Shown: piece by piece, positions 8,595-15,178 of the stretch
Numbering within the stretch: position 1 is the first letter of the stretch
Layout: the number at the start of each line of letters is the position of its first letter
Source: Candidatus Buchananbacteria bacterium
GTDB taxonomy: Bacteria > Patescibacteriota > Patescibacteriia > 2-01-FULL-39-33
NCBI GenBank assembly: GCA_903863425.1
Contig: CAIPBY010000036.1
Location: forward strand, 1 to 41,650
Reading direction: 5' to 3'
Length of the DNA: 41,650 nt
Made by a program: the position numbers and the translations under genes
The notes under the pieces: generated by a model
Databases searched by the model: none
The model's input: only the letters and a program-made list of their open reading frames with translations
Told to the model about the DNA's origin: nothing

Positions 8595-8628
8595 TCCGCC
8601 CAAGGCGGATTAATCCGCCTTGGGCGGA
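8595..8628. repeat. perfect 34-nt palindrome TCCGCCCAAGGCGGATTAATCCGCCTTGGGCGGA inside the ncRNA candidate
   Basis: The two arms 8595-8610 and 8613-8628 are exact reverse complements. Each arm is also its own CCGCC-N3-GGCGG mini-hairpin, the same motif used as a terminator at 15988-16008 and 36300-36314. Confidence 0.85.
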
Positions 8629-8791
8629 TCGCTCGGGTGGGCTGCTACGGTCAGGCACGACAAGCATGGGAATTTCTGTCAGCTTCTTTCGGGCCTCGGC
8701 TCAAAAATTGCTCCTAGAAATTTTCTTGCCTGGCCATAATAGCCCATCCGGGTCGGCTCGCAGTTTAATGAATATTACTGTCTAGCCATCG

Positions 8792-8814
8792 CTCCGCTAA
8801 CGCGGAGTTTTTTT
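8792..8814 (+). terminator. intrinsic terminator of the ncRNA candidate
   Basis: CTCCGC (8792-8797), loop TAAC, GCGGAG (8802-8807), then T7 (8808-8814). Confidence 0.7.
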
Positions 8815-8855
8815 GTTAATTAATTTGCTTGACTTATAATTTTTGTGTTATAATT

Positions 8856-9278
8856 ATGTCATATATGGGAGATAATAAACTACAAAAAAATAATTTTTTT
8901 CTTAATCAACCGGATCAAAAAGATGCGGTCCAAGATTGGTTTAGTGGGGAAGGGCAGTTGTCTTGCGATGTGTATCAGACCAATGACAGTATTGTGGTCA
9001 AATCAACTATCGCCGGCGTTGATCCGAGTAACCTAGACATCTCGGTGAGTAATGATATATTGACCATTCGCGGTTTTCGTGAGATGAGCGAGGAAGTAGC
9101 TGAGGCTGATTTTTTCAGTCGGGAATGCTATTGGGGATCATTTAGTCGGTCGATTGTTTTGCCTCAGGAAATTAATTCCAAGAGAGTTAGTGCTGGCATG
9201 AAAAATGGCGTCTTAACTATTAAATTGCCCAAGAAATACAAAACGACTTCCATCAAGATAAGGCAGTCTAATGACTAA
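8856..9278 (+). CDS. Hsp20 / alpha-crystallin small heat-shock protein
   Basis: Alpha-crystallin domain pattern (VVKSTIAGV, LDISV, LTIRG, FSRSIVLPQEI, GVLTIKLPK). The tracked TTG 8829 is really a -35-like TTGACT. The first ATG is 8856 (used). ATG 8865 is likelier if the mRNA is leaderless from TATAAT 8849-8854. Confidence 0.8.
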   Translation: MSYMGDNKLQKNNFFLNQPDQKDAVQDWFSGEGQLSCDVYQTNDSIVVKSTIAGVDPSNLDISVSNDILTIRGFREMSEEVAEADFFSRECYWGSFSRSIVLPQEINSKRVSAGMKNGVLTIKLPKKYKTTSIKIRQSND

Positions 9279-9286
9279 AATTTCCG

Positions 9287-11194
9287 ATGCTTAATTTTTT
9301 GAAAAAATCCGAACCGTTTCATAAATGGTGGCTACTTCTGGCAGGCGTAGTCGCTTTTTTTGTTGTGGTTGCGATTGTGGCAGTTGCCTGCATATTTTTC
9401 CAGGTGTCCTACAAATATGTTTTTTATCCTGGTACGCGCCTGGGAAATATTCCTATTCAAGGTTTGACTAGAGAGCAGGCTCTCGCCAAGCTTGATCCCA
9501 TAACTGACAAGATTGAGAAGAATGGCATGAAAGTTATTTATCAGGGTGATGGCAGTCTGAATTTGGATTTTACCGGCGCCGTATCGGCTGAGGCTAATCC
9601 TGATTTGGCGCGTAGTATTCTGACTTTTGATAATCATCAGGCCGTATATGATGCTTTTGTCCTCGGCCATAGCAATAATTTTTGGCAGAATATGTCGGCC
9701 GGATGGCAAATATTTGTATCCGGTAAGAATTTTCAGCCATCATTTTATTTGGACGATAATGCATTGAAACAAATGCTTTTTGATAATTTTTCTGCTAAGG
9801 AAATTAAACAGCAGAATGCCAAACCGACTATTGTTTGGCAGGGGAATGATCATACCGTAGCCATAGGTGATGAGAAAAGCGGACAGACTTTTAATTATGA
9901 CAAGGCGATTAGTGATATCAAATTAAACTTAAGCCAATTCAAAAATGATCCTATTATTCTTGAAAGTAAAGTCGCGGAACCGGAAATTACAAGAGTAGAG
10001 ATTGAGGGGTTAGTGCCGAAAATTGACTATGTCTTAGCTTCATCTTTACCAAAGTTTGCTTACAACAGTTCGACTTGGTCCATGGATAAGAAGAAATTAT
10101 CTGCCATGCTGGAATTCAAGAAAGACAATGGAGAAGTTGTGTTGGGCATGAATCATGATTTGTTTATGGCTTGGTTTAATACTGTTATTGCTTCCAAGAT
10201 AGATGTGGAAGCCAAGAATGCGCTTATTGAAATGAAAGATGGGCAATTGCAGAAGATTTCTACTAATTCTGACGGACTCAAAGCTGACGGAGAAAAGGCT
10301 TACGTTGATGCCAATAATGGCTTATCGACAAATCAGTGGCCGGTTCAAATTGCAGTCAACAAAGTTGCGCCTGAGGTGGCCGTGGGAGATATAAATGATT
10401 TGGGGATCAAGGAAATAATCGGCACGGGTGAATCAAATTTTGCGGGGAGTCCTTCGAATCGAAGACACAATATCGCCAACGGCGCTAGTAAAGTGCATGG
10501 CATACTAATTAAGCCGGGCGAGGAATTTTCTTTGATTAAGGCTTTGGGAGATGTAGATGGCTCTACGGGATATTTGCAAGAGTTAGTAATTAAGGGAAAT
10601 AAGACCATGCCAGAATATGGCGGAGGCTTGTGTCAAATCGGTACGACTGTTTTTCGCGCTGCCATGGGTTCAGGTTTGCCTATTACCGAAAGGCGCAATC
10701 ATTCTTACAATGTGACTTATTATCTGGAAAATGGTTTGCCCGGAGTTGATGCTACTATTTATATTCCGCATCCGGATGTAAGATTTATAAATGATACTGG
10801 ACACTATGTCTTGATTCAAGCCAAGATTGTCAAAGACAAATTGACTTTTGAATTTTGGGGAACAAAGGATGGCCGTACCTCCAGTAGGACTACGCCCAAA
10901 GCTTGGGATTGGGTTTCTCCGCCTCCGATGAAGATAGTGCCAACCACTGATTTGAAGCCAGGACAGAAAAAATGCACCGAGAGCGCGCATAAAGGCGTGA
11001 AGGCGTCGTTTGATTATCTTATTACTTATGCGGATGGGACGGTGAAGAAACAGAATTTCTATTCGGTGTACAAGCCGTGGCAGGCCGTGTGCTTGGTGGG
11101 CGCGACTAGTACTCCGGTAGTATCTAGTACGACGAGTGATATTGTTGGTACGCCGGATAATCCGGTTTCTACGACCGCGACCAGCACGCCTTGA
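9287..11194 (+). CDS. VanW-domain membrane-anchored protein
   Basis: N-terminal TM helix (WWLLLAGVVAFFVVVAIVAVACIFF). VanW signature GGGLCQIGTTVFRAAMGSGLPITERRNHSY. Ser/Thr/Pro-rich C-terminal tail. Confidence 0.8.
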   Translation: MLNFLKKSEPFHKWWLLLAGVVAFFVVVAIVAVACIFFQVSYKYVFYPGTRLGNIPIQGLTREQALAKLDPITDKIEKNGMKVIYQGDGSLNLDFTGAVSAEANPDLARSILTFDNHQAVYDAFVLGHSNNFWQNMSAGWQIFVSGKNFQPSFYLDDNALKQMLFDNFSAKEIKQQNAKPTIVWQGNDHTVAIGDEKSGQTFNYDKAISDIKLNLSQFKNDPIILESKVAEPEITRVEIEGLVPKIDYVLASSLPKFAYNSSTWSMDKKKLSAMLEFKKDNGEVVLGMNHDLFMAWFNTVIASKIDVEAKNALIEMKDGQLQKISTNSDGLKADGEKAYVDANNGLSTNQWPVQIAVNKVAPEVAVGDINDLGIKEIIGTGESNFAGSPSNRRHNIANGASKVHGILIKPGEEFSLIKALGDVDGSTGYLQELVIKGNKTMPEYGGGLCQIGTTVFRAAMGSGLPITERRNHSYNVTYYLENGLPGVDATIYIPHPDVRFINDTGHYVLIQAKIVKDKLTFEFWGTKDGRTSSRTTPKAWDWVSPPPMKIVPTTDLKPGQKKCTESAHKGVKASFDYLITYADGTVKKQNFYSVYKPWQAVCLVGATSTPVVSSTTSDIVGTPDNPVSTTATSTP

Positions 11195-11219
11195 CTTTTT
11201 TGATTTAATTCTTTATAAT
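11191..11219 (+). promoter_or_regulatory. sigma70-type promoter TTGACT-17-TATAAT upstream of the tRNA/GIY-YIG unit
   Basis: TTGACT at 11191-11196 (overlaps the VanW stop codon), 17-nt spacer, TATAAT at 11214-11219. Confidence 0.5.
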
Positions 11220-11231
11220 TAGGGCAGATTT

Positions 11232-11251
11232 GTGGTATTTACCACTTTTTT
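11232..11251 (+). terminator. weak intrinsic terminator (VanW) or attenuator just downstream of the 11191 promoter
   Basis: GTGGT-ATTT-ACCAC (11232-11245) followed by T6 (11246-11251). Confidence 0.45.
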
Positions 11252-11296
11252 AATTGATAGTAGTTGTCTCATTTTTGAAAATATAGTTAACAATTT

Positions 11297-11339
11297 GGTC
11301 TCATCGTCTAACGGTTAGGACGCCAGGTTTTTCACCCGG
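11297..11339 (+). pseudogene. truncated tRNA-Glu-like fragment (acceptor 5' strand, D arm, anticodon arm only)
   Basis: GGTCTCATCGTCTAACGGTTAGGACGCCAGGTTTTTCACCCGG aligns with positions 1-43 of the intact tRNA-Glu at 11650. The D arm is identical. The anticodon loop has a 1-nt insertion and the stem has an A-C mismatch. No T arm and no 3' acceptor strand (TGAGACC) follow. Confidence 0.55.
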
Positions 11340-11391
11340 AGGGTGACCAGCCTCTGGCTGGCATCCTGACGAAATATATTGTAAATTAGAT

Positions 11392-11646
11392 ATGTGGTTC
11401 GTATATTTATTAAAAAGCAAGAAAGATGGAACATATTATATAGGTTATACGGAAAATTTAAAGCAAAGATTAATAGATCATAATCAAGGCAAGACAAAAT
11501 CAATTAAGCATAAAGTTCCTCTAATGTTGGTTTATTTTGAGGGGTATGGTAATAAAACCGTTGCTAGGACTAGAGAAATTGAATTAAAAAATAATAGTTA
11601 TAAGAAAAAAGAGATAATTGATAGGATTAAAAATATAGAGCAGTAA
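11392..11646 (+). CDS. small GIY-YIG nuclease-family protein (UPF0213/YhbQ-like)
   Basis: 84 aa. N-terminal WFVYLLKSKKDGTYYIGYTENLKQRLIDHNQG is the GIY-YIG core. Conserved Arg and Glu follow downstream (VARTREIELK). The stop lies 3 nt before tRNA-Glu. Confidence 0.75.
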   Translation: MWFVYLLKSKKDGTYYIGYTENLKQRLIDHNQGKTKSIKHKVPLMLVYFEGYGNKTVARTREIELKNNSYKKKEIIDRIKNIEQ

Positions 11647-11649
11647 TTT

Positions 11650-11721
11650 GGCCCTATCGTCTAACGGTTAGGACACCAGGTTTTCATCCTGGTAATCGGG
11701 GTCCAACTCCCCGTGGGGCTA
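11650..11721 (+). tRNA. tRNA-Glu (anticodon UUC)
   Basis: 72 nt: acceptor GGCCCTA/TGGGGCT (two G-U pairs), D arm GTCT-AACGGTTA-GGAC, anticodon arm CCAGG-TTTTCAT-CCTGG (TTC at 34-36), T arm CGGGG-TCCAACT-CCCCG. CCA is not encoded. Confidence 0.85.
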
Positions 11722-11738
11722 CAAGTTTGGATTAGAAG

Positions 11739-11757
11739 CACTCGAAAGGGTGTTTTT
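11739..11757 (+). terminator. short intrinsic terminator after tRNA-Glu
   Basis: CACTC-GAAA-GGGTG (11739-11752) followed by T5. Confidence 0.45.
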
Positions 11758-11776
11758 AATTTTGATTAAGTAATCA

Positions 11777-11811
11777 AATTAAAACGAGCCCTTGATATTA
11801 TCTCTGGGCTC
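11777..11811 (-). terminator. intrinsic terminator of the Cys-cluster gene (minus strand)
   Basis: GAGCCC (11786-11791) / GGGCTC (11806-11811) stem overlapping the stop codon. On the minus strand it is followed by GTTTTAATTT. Confidence 0.5.
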
Positions 11812-12298
11812 AAATGTCGATGGCCGGATAGGTTTTGATTTCCGTGCCTTCCCGTAGGTATACTTGGCTTGCCTCATCACTTAACTGTACCCATCTAGGC
11901 ACAAATAGGATCATCTTGCCCGAAAGGTACATATAAGCAACGAACACCCTGGAACGGAGTAGTATATCTGTTTCTCTCTTAACCCAGGCACTTGTCAAAG
12001 CGCCTTCCCTCGCTTCCCATATTTGGAGTCGAGGAGTAGCTGACCCTGTCCTGTGCCAATCAAGGATTAAACCACTCTTAGTTGGCTTAAACGACTCATC
12101 GCCGAATCCTTCCCTCCATTCGCAGTTGTATGTCCGACATACTATGTTATGGTTTGGATATAGCGTGCATCTGTGGTTGATGTTATCACAGTGTTCACAC
12201 CAGACACCAGCTGGTTTGATTAACTTTTTGCCAGCACGACTCATCTCCCAGATGTGGTGTGTCAAACAGCACAAAGTGCAATCTCCGCATTCTCTCAT
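11810..12298 (-). CDS. YkgJ-type CxxCxxCC cysteine-cluster (zinc/iron-chelating) protein
   Basis: 162 aa. N-terminal CGDCTLCC motif plus further Cys/His clusters (CEHC, C..YNC). GGAGGA lies 8 nt upstream of the ATG. GC is intermediate to high relative to the backbone. Confidence 0.65.
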   Translation of the reverse strand: MRECGDCTLCCLTHHIWEMSRAGKKLIKPAGVWCEHCDNINHRCTLYPNHNIVCRTYNCEWREGFGDESFKPTKSGLILDWHRTGSATPRLQIWEAREGALTSAWVKRETDILLRSRVFVAYMYLSGKMILFVPRWVQLSDEASQVYLREGTEIKTYPAIDI

Positions 12299-12362
12299 AG
12301 TTTCTTTCCTCCAATGAACTTTTAGTATACTATTATAGTATAATAATTAAGTCAATAAAGCT

Positions 12363-13097
12363 ATGTGGTCCAAACAACAAATTATTTACCATCAGAAAGC
12401 AGCAAAACTGCTCATCAAGATCAAAGATCTGACTTTGAAATATATTCAGAAAAATAAAAATATCTCTGAACATGGCGTTCAGCAATTCATCCTCAAGCAA
12501 TTCGACAAATACAATCTGATTATGGATAATTATAAGCCAATTGTGGCCTTTGGCGAAAACACGGCTTTCATGCATTATTTTCCCAAGAAAAAATCCAAAG
12601 TACTCCAGCCGGAGAATTTGATTCTGCTCGACATTTGGGCAAGATTAAAAATTAGAAATGCGCCATTTGCTGATATTACTTGGATGGCATATTATGGCGA
12701 ATATGTTCCAACAAAAATTCAAAGAGTATTTAAGATAGTGATAAGAGCCAAAGAAAAATCCTTGAGCTATGTTGGGAAGCAATTATTAGAAGGTGTTATG
12801 CCGACAGGAAGAGAAATAGATATGGTAATGGAGAAAGTAGTCACTGATTCCGGTTTTTTCCAGAATATTTTGCATCGCACGGGGCACTCTCTGGGAGTTA
12901 CCAATGATCATGGCAGAGAGCCGGGAATATCCATAAAGAATAAACAGAGGATTCATAAGAATTTGGGCTATACTATAGAGCCGGGGATATATTTGCCAGG
13001 TGATTTCGGTGTGAGAAGCGAGATTGATTTTTATGTTTCATCTGATGATAAATTGATTGTGACTACTGATTCGCAGAAAGAGATTACAATAATTTAA
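12363..13097 (+). CDS. M24-family metallopeptidase (Xaa-Pro aminopeptidase-like catalytic domain only)
   Basis: Metal-ligand pattern HRTGHSLG ... GYTIEPGIY ... VRSEIDFYV of the pita-bread fold. No N-terminal creatinase-like domain. AT-rich with no SD. Confidence 0.8.
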   Translation: MWSKQQIIYHQKAAKLLIKIKDLTLKYIQKNKNISEHGVQQFILKQFDKYNLIMDNYKPIVAFGENTAFMHYFPKKKSKVLQPENLILLDIWARLKIRNAPFADITWMAYYGEYVPTKIQRVFKIVIRAKEKSLSYVGKQLLEGVMPTGREIDMVMEKVVTDSGFFQNILHRTGHSLGVTNDHGREPGISIKNKQRIHKNLGYTIEPGIYLPGDFGVRSEIDFYVSSDDKLIVTTDSQKEITII

Positions 13098-13116
13098 TTT
13101 TTTTGTAATAAAATAT

Positions 13117-13158
13117 GGCCCTGGAGCAAAGCACGCGTGTTGCGCTTTATTCCGGGCC
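13117..13158 (-). terminator. imperfect long hairpin between convergent genes, probable terminator of the 13186-14097 gene
   Basis: GGCCCTGGAGCAAAGC / GCGCTTTATTCCGGGCC arms with a few mismatches. Read on the minus strand it is followed by ATATTTTATT. Confidence 0.45.
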
Positions 13159-13185
13159 AAAACTCCGGATTGGGTTTCGCCGTTG

Positions 13186-14097
13186 CTATCGGTGAGCAAG
13201 ACCTCCTTCATCTGTGATTTGCAACAAGACAGTACCAGGCTGGACGAGACTTATCCATATCTCATCCTCGTCCCCAATTTCATGGTTCATGTACAGGTCG
13301 TCTCTGAGCCAATGGATGACGCAAAAGGCATGCTTAGCACTGTGTTCTCCCTTTAGGATTTTGTCGCACCAGTCCTGCACGCTGTTGCTATTTGCTTCTT
13401 CCAGCCATGATTCCCATTCCTCCCGAGGTATGAGCTTATAGAGCTTCCGAGGGATGAAGTGGCAGTGATTGTCGTCATAGTTTTCAACTGCTGTTCTGAT
13501 GTCGCTCAGGACTTCCAAGTCCTTCCTGATTTTTCCTGCCCGGATGTCTTCGATTATGTCTCTGGCGGCTTCTGTCATCCAGGAAAACCACTTTTCCTTA
13601 GTGAGGAATCCGTTTTCCTCGCTAAAGATCTGTCCGAGTCCCGCCTTTGAGACCAGGATTTGCGCTTCCCGCAAAGTGCGTAGAGTTCGAGCCTTTCTGT
13701 TTGAACATAGCTTGTCTATGACAGGCATAACTGTCTGTCTCCGCTCGACTCGTCTGGCCTCTATCAAGGCGTGCAGGTCATCACACTCTTGTTGAGTCTG
13801 CTCGAATTTCGATATTCGAGCGACTTTTTCTGCATCACTTAGAGGTTTGTCGTCAGTCTCTGTTGCTTTGTCCGTCGATGCCTCTGGGGCGGTTACGGTC
13901 CTAGGCTCGGCCTTGTCCGAATAGGAGCTACCATAGCAGGAACACGATGGTGGCTTGGGTATTGGGGCAGGTAGTGGCGCACTCAACTGCCGAACTTCTG
14001 CTCTCACTTCTTGTTTGTCATGCTGAATCATACCCAACATGAAAGCCAGAATTCCAATAACAATAGCGCTGATGGTTAAGGTACAATTTGTCTTCAT
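13186..14097 (-). CDS. hypothetical membrane-anchored protein (TM anchor, Pro-rich linker, helical C-terminal region)
   Basis: Start reassigned to ATG 14097 (MKTNCTLTISAIVIGILAFMLGM), with GAGGAG exactly 7 nt upstream. The tracked start 14118 is a GTG. No family recognised. GC-rich. Confidence 0.7.
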   Translation of the reverse strand: MKTNCTLTISAIVIGILAFMLGMIQHDKQEVRAEVRQLSAPLPAPIPKPPSCSCYGSSYSDKAEPRTVTAPEASTDKATETDDKPLSDAEKVARISKFEQTQQECDDLHALIEARRVERRQTVMPVIDKLCSNRKARTLRTLREAQILVSKAGLGQIFSEENGFLTKEKWFSWMTEAARDIIEDIRAGKIRKDLEVLSDIRTAVENYDDNHCHFIPRKLYKLIPREEWESWLEEANSNSVQDWCDKILKGEHSAKHAFCVIHWLRDDLYMNHEIGDEDEIWISLVQPGTVLLQITDEGGLAHR

Positions 14098-14157
14098 GTT
14101 GCGTCTCCTCTTCTTCACTAGTTGATGGTCATTTTTCTGATTACGAATTACCCCTGT

Positions 14158-14186
14158 AGTATATTAGATATTTTGTAATTTTTCAA
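14158..14186 (-). promoter_or_regulatory. sigma70-type promoter TTGAAA-17-TATACT (minus strand) for the 13186-14097 gene
   Basis: On the minus strand: TTGAAA (14186-14181), 17-nt spacer, TATACT (14163-14158). Confidence 0.45.
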
Positions 14187-14229
14187 ATAAAAATCCGCCA
14201 ATCCATTGCTCATAACAATGAATTGGCGG
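14187..14229 (-). terminator. intrinsic terminator after the zinc-ribbon gene (minus strand)
   Basis: 14-bp stem, arms 14195-14208 and 14216-14229 (CCGCCAATCCATTG / CAATGAATTGGCGG, one mismatch). Followed on the minus strand by ATTTTTATTT. Confidence 0.65.
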
Positions 14230-14252
14230 TTGGCGCGATACGTAGGAGAAGC

Positions 14253-14456
14253 TTAATCGTAGTAGTCCTCTCCGTAATGTTCTTCACATCTGGATTCGAC
14301 TTCCTTAGCAAAGTGGTGGGTAACTTTCTCGTAACACCCATTTTCTTCGCCGACCCACTCCTCTCCGGTGACTATGAGTGGTTCGCCACAGTGAGGACAA
14401 TCCTTGGCTCGGGGGGAAACCGATCCTTCGCAATTCGGACACGCGTAGTTACTCAT
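14253..14456 (-). CDS. small zinc-ribbon protein with acidic C-terminus
   Basis: Start reassigned to ATG 14456 (MSNYACPNCEGS...), with AAGGAG 7 nt upstream. CPNC...CPHC zinc-ribbon pair. 67 aa. Confidence 0.65.
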   Translation of the reverse strand: MSNYACPNCEGSVSPRAKDCPHCGEPLIVTGEEWVGEENGCYEKVTHHFAKEVESRCEEHYGEDYYD

Positions 14457-14483
14457 GGATGTTCTCCTTTTGTGATCTCGCAT

Positions 14484-15032
14484 CTATTCACAGACATAGG
14501 CCACCAGGGTATTGGGTTGTTTCATCATGTCCTCAGGACAATCGAATCGTAGTTCCCATTTGGGGTCGTCCTGATAGCCGTTACCCCCTTTATGAAAATG
14601 GATAACCGCTATATGCCTGCTGCCATTGTACTCAAACATCGTGCCCAAGAAACAAAGATCAAATTCTTGCAGTTCTGTGGGAACTCCCTGTAGCATGAGC
14701 TTCTCGGCGTGGTGTAGGTTTGCTATTTTTCCCATTTCATCGGCTAGTAGGACGAGGATTTTGCCGACATCTTCTTCTTCGAATCCTATGCCGTCATATA
14801 CCAAATAGTGCCTGCCTTTCCACATCCGAGGGAATATCGGAGTCTCCTCTCGTTTCACTTTCTGGTCATCAAGAACGACCTTTTCGAATCGAAGCGTCTG
14901 TCCGTTTACTGGCGTTGACTCGTCGTGCACCAGAAGCTTCCAGCCCTCTTTCCTCTTGTCGTTTTGGAATATTGGCTGTTGGCCTAGAACTATCACCAAT
15001 GGCTTGGTTTCAACTGCTTGCTGAGTATCCAT
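14484..15032 (-). CDS. hypothetical protein (182 aa), no recognisable family
   Basis: Start reassigned to ATG 15032 (MDTQQAVE...), with GAGGAG 7 nt upstream. It is followed 27 nt later by the zinc-ribbon gene, so the two are probably an operon. GC-rich. Confidence 0.65.
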   Translation of the reverse strand: MDTQQAVETKPLVIVLGQQPIFQNDKRKEGWKLLVHDESTPVNGQTLRFEKVVLDDQKVKREETPIFPRMWKGRHYLVYDGIGFEEEDVGKILVLLADEMGKIANLHHAEKLMLQGVPTELQEFDLCFLGTMFEYNGSRHIAVIHFHKGGNGYQDDPKWELRFDCPEDMMKQPNTLVAYVCE

Positions 15033-15178
15033 GATATTTCTCCTCGATAACTCCAACTCACTCGTTGGAATCGTTGTAAAGGACGATAGTAAGTTCTCCT
15101 CTTGCTTACGGAAGTAATATACCATCCTCACAAATATTGTCTGGAAAAATGTAGCAATTATTTTAATTAATCAAAAAC

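Larger units (their letters stand above)
8385..8814 (+). ncRNA. candidate large structured ncRNA (~430 nt), family not recognised
   Basis: Bounded by the promoter at 8350-8378 and the terminator at 8792-8814, inside a 610-bp ORF-free, GC-enriched gap. Hand-drawn helices: 8411-8423/8502-8514 (13 bp), 8635-8657/8727-8749 (~21 bp), and a long-range helix 8531-8539/8755-8763 plus 8516-8523/8771-8778. An identical 20-nt core occurs at 8421-8440 and 8652-8671. Confidence 0.6.

Noticed and set aside
8385-8814. Identity of the structured RNA as RNase P RNA, tmRNA, SRP/4.5S, 6S, or a known riboswitch (glycine, c-di-AMP, ZTP, TPP, cobalamin and others).
   Set aside because: I could not find the GAGGAAAGUCC/ACAGAAnCCGGCUUA P4 motifs, although CACGACAAGCAUGGGAUUA and AUGAAUAUUACUGUC vaguely resemble RNase P 3' segments. 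There is no tRNA-like 3' end or tag reading frame, no GGAA-capped SRP helix 8, and no riboswitch core sequence. This rejection rests on memory of consensus motifs only, and a cmscan is still needed.
11297-11721. A group I intron, with a GIY-YIG homing endonuclease, interrupting a tRNA gene.
   Set aside because: No 3' exon complementary to the GGTCTCA acceptor strand exists downstream. The downstream tRNA-Glu is complete on its own. Only ~55 nt of non-coding sequence are available besides the ORF, which is far too little for a group I ribozyme core.
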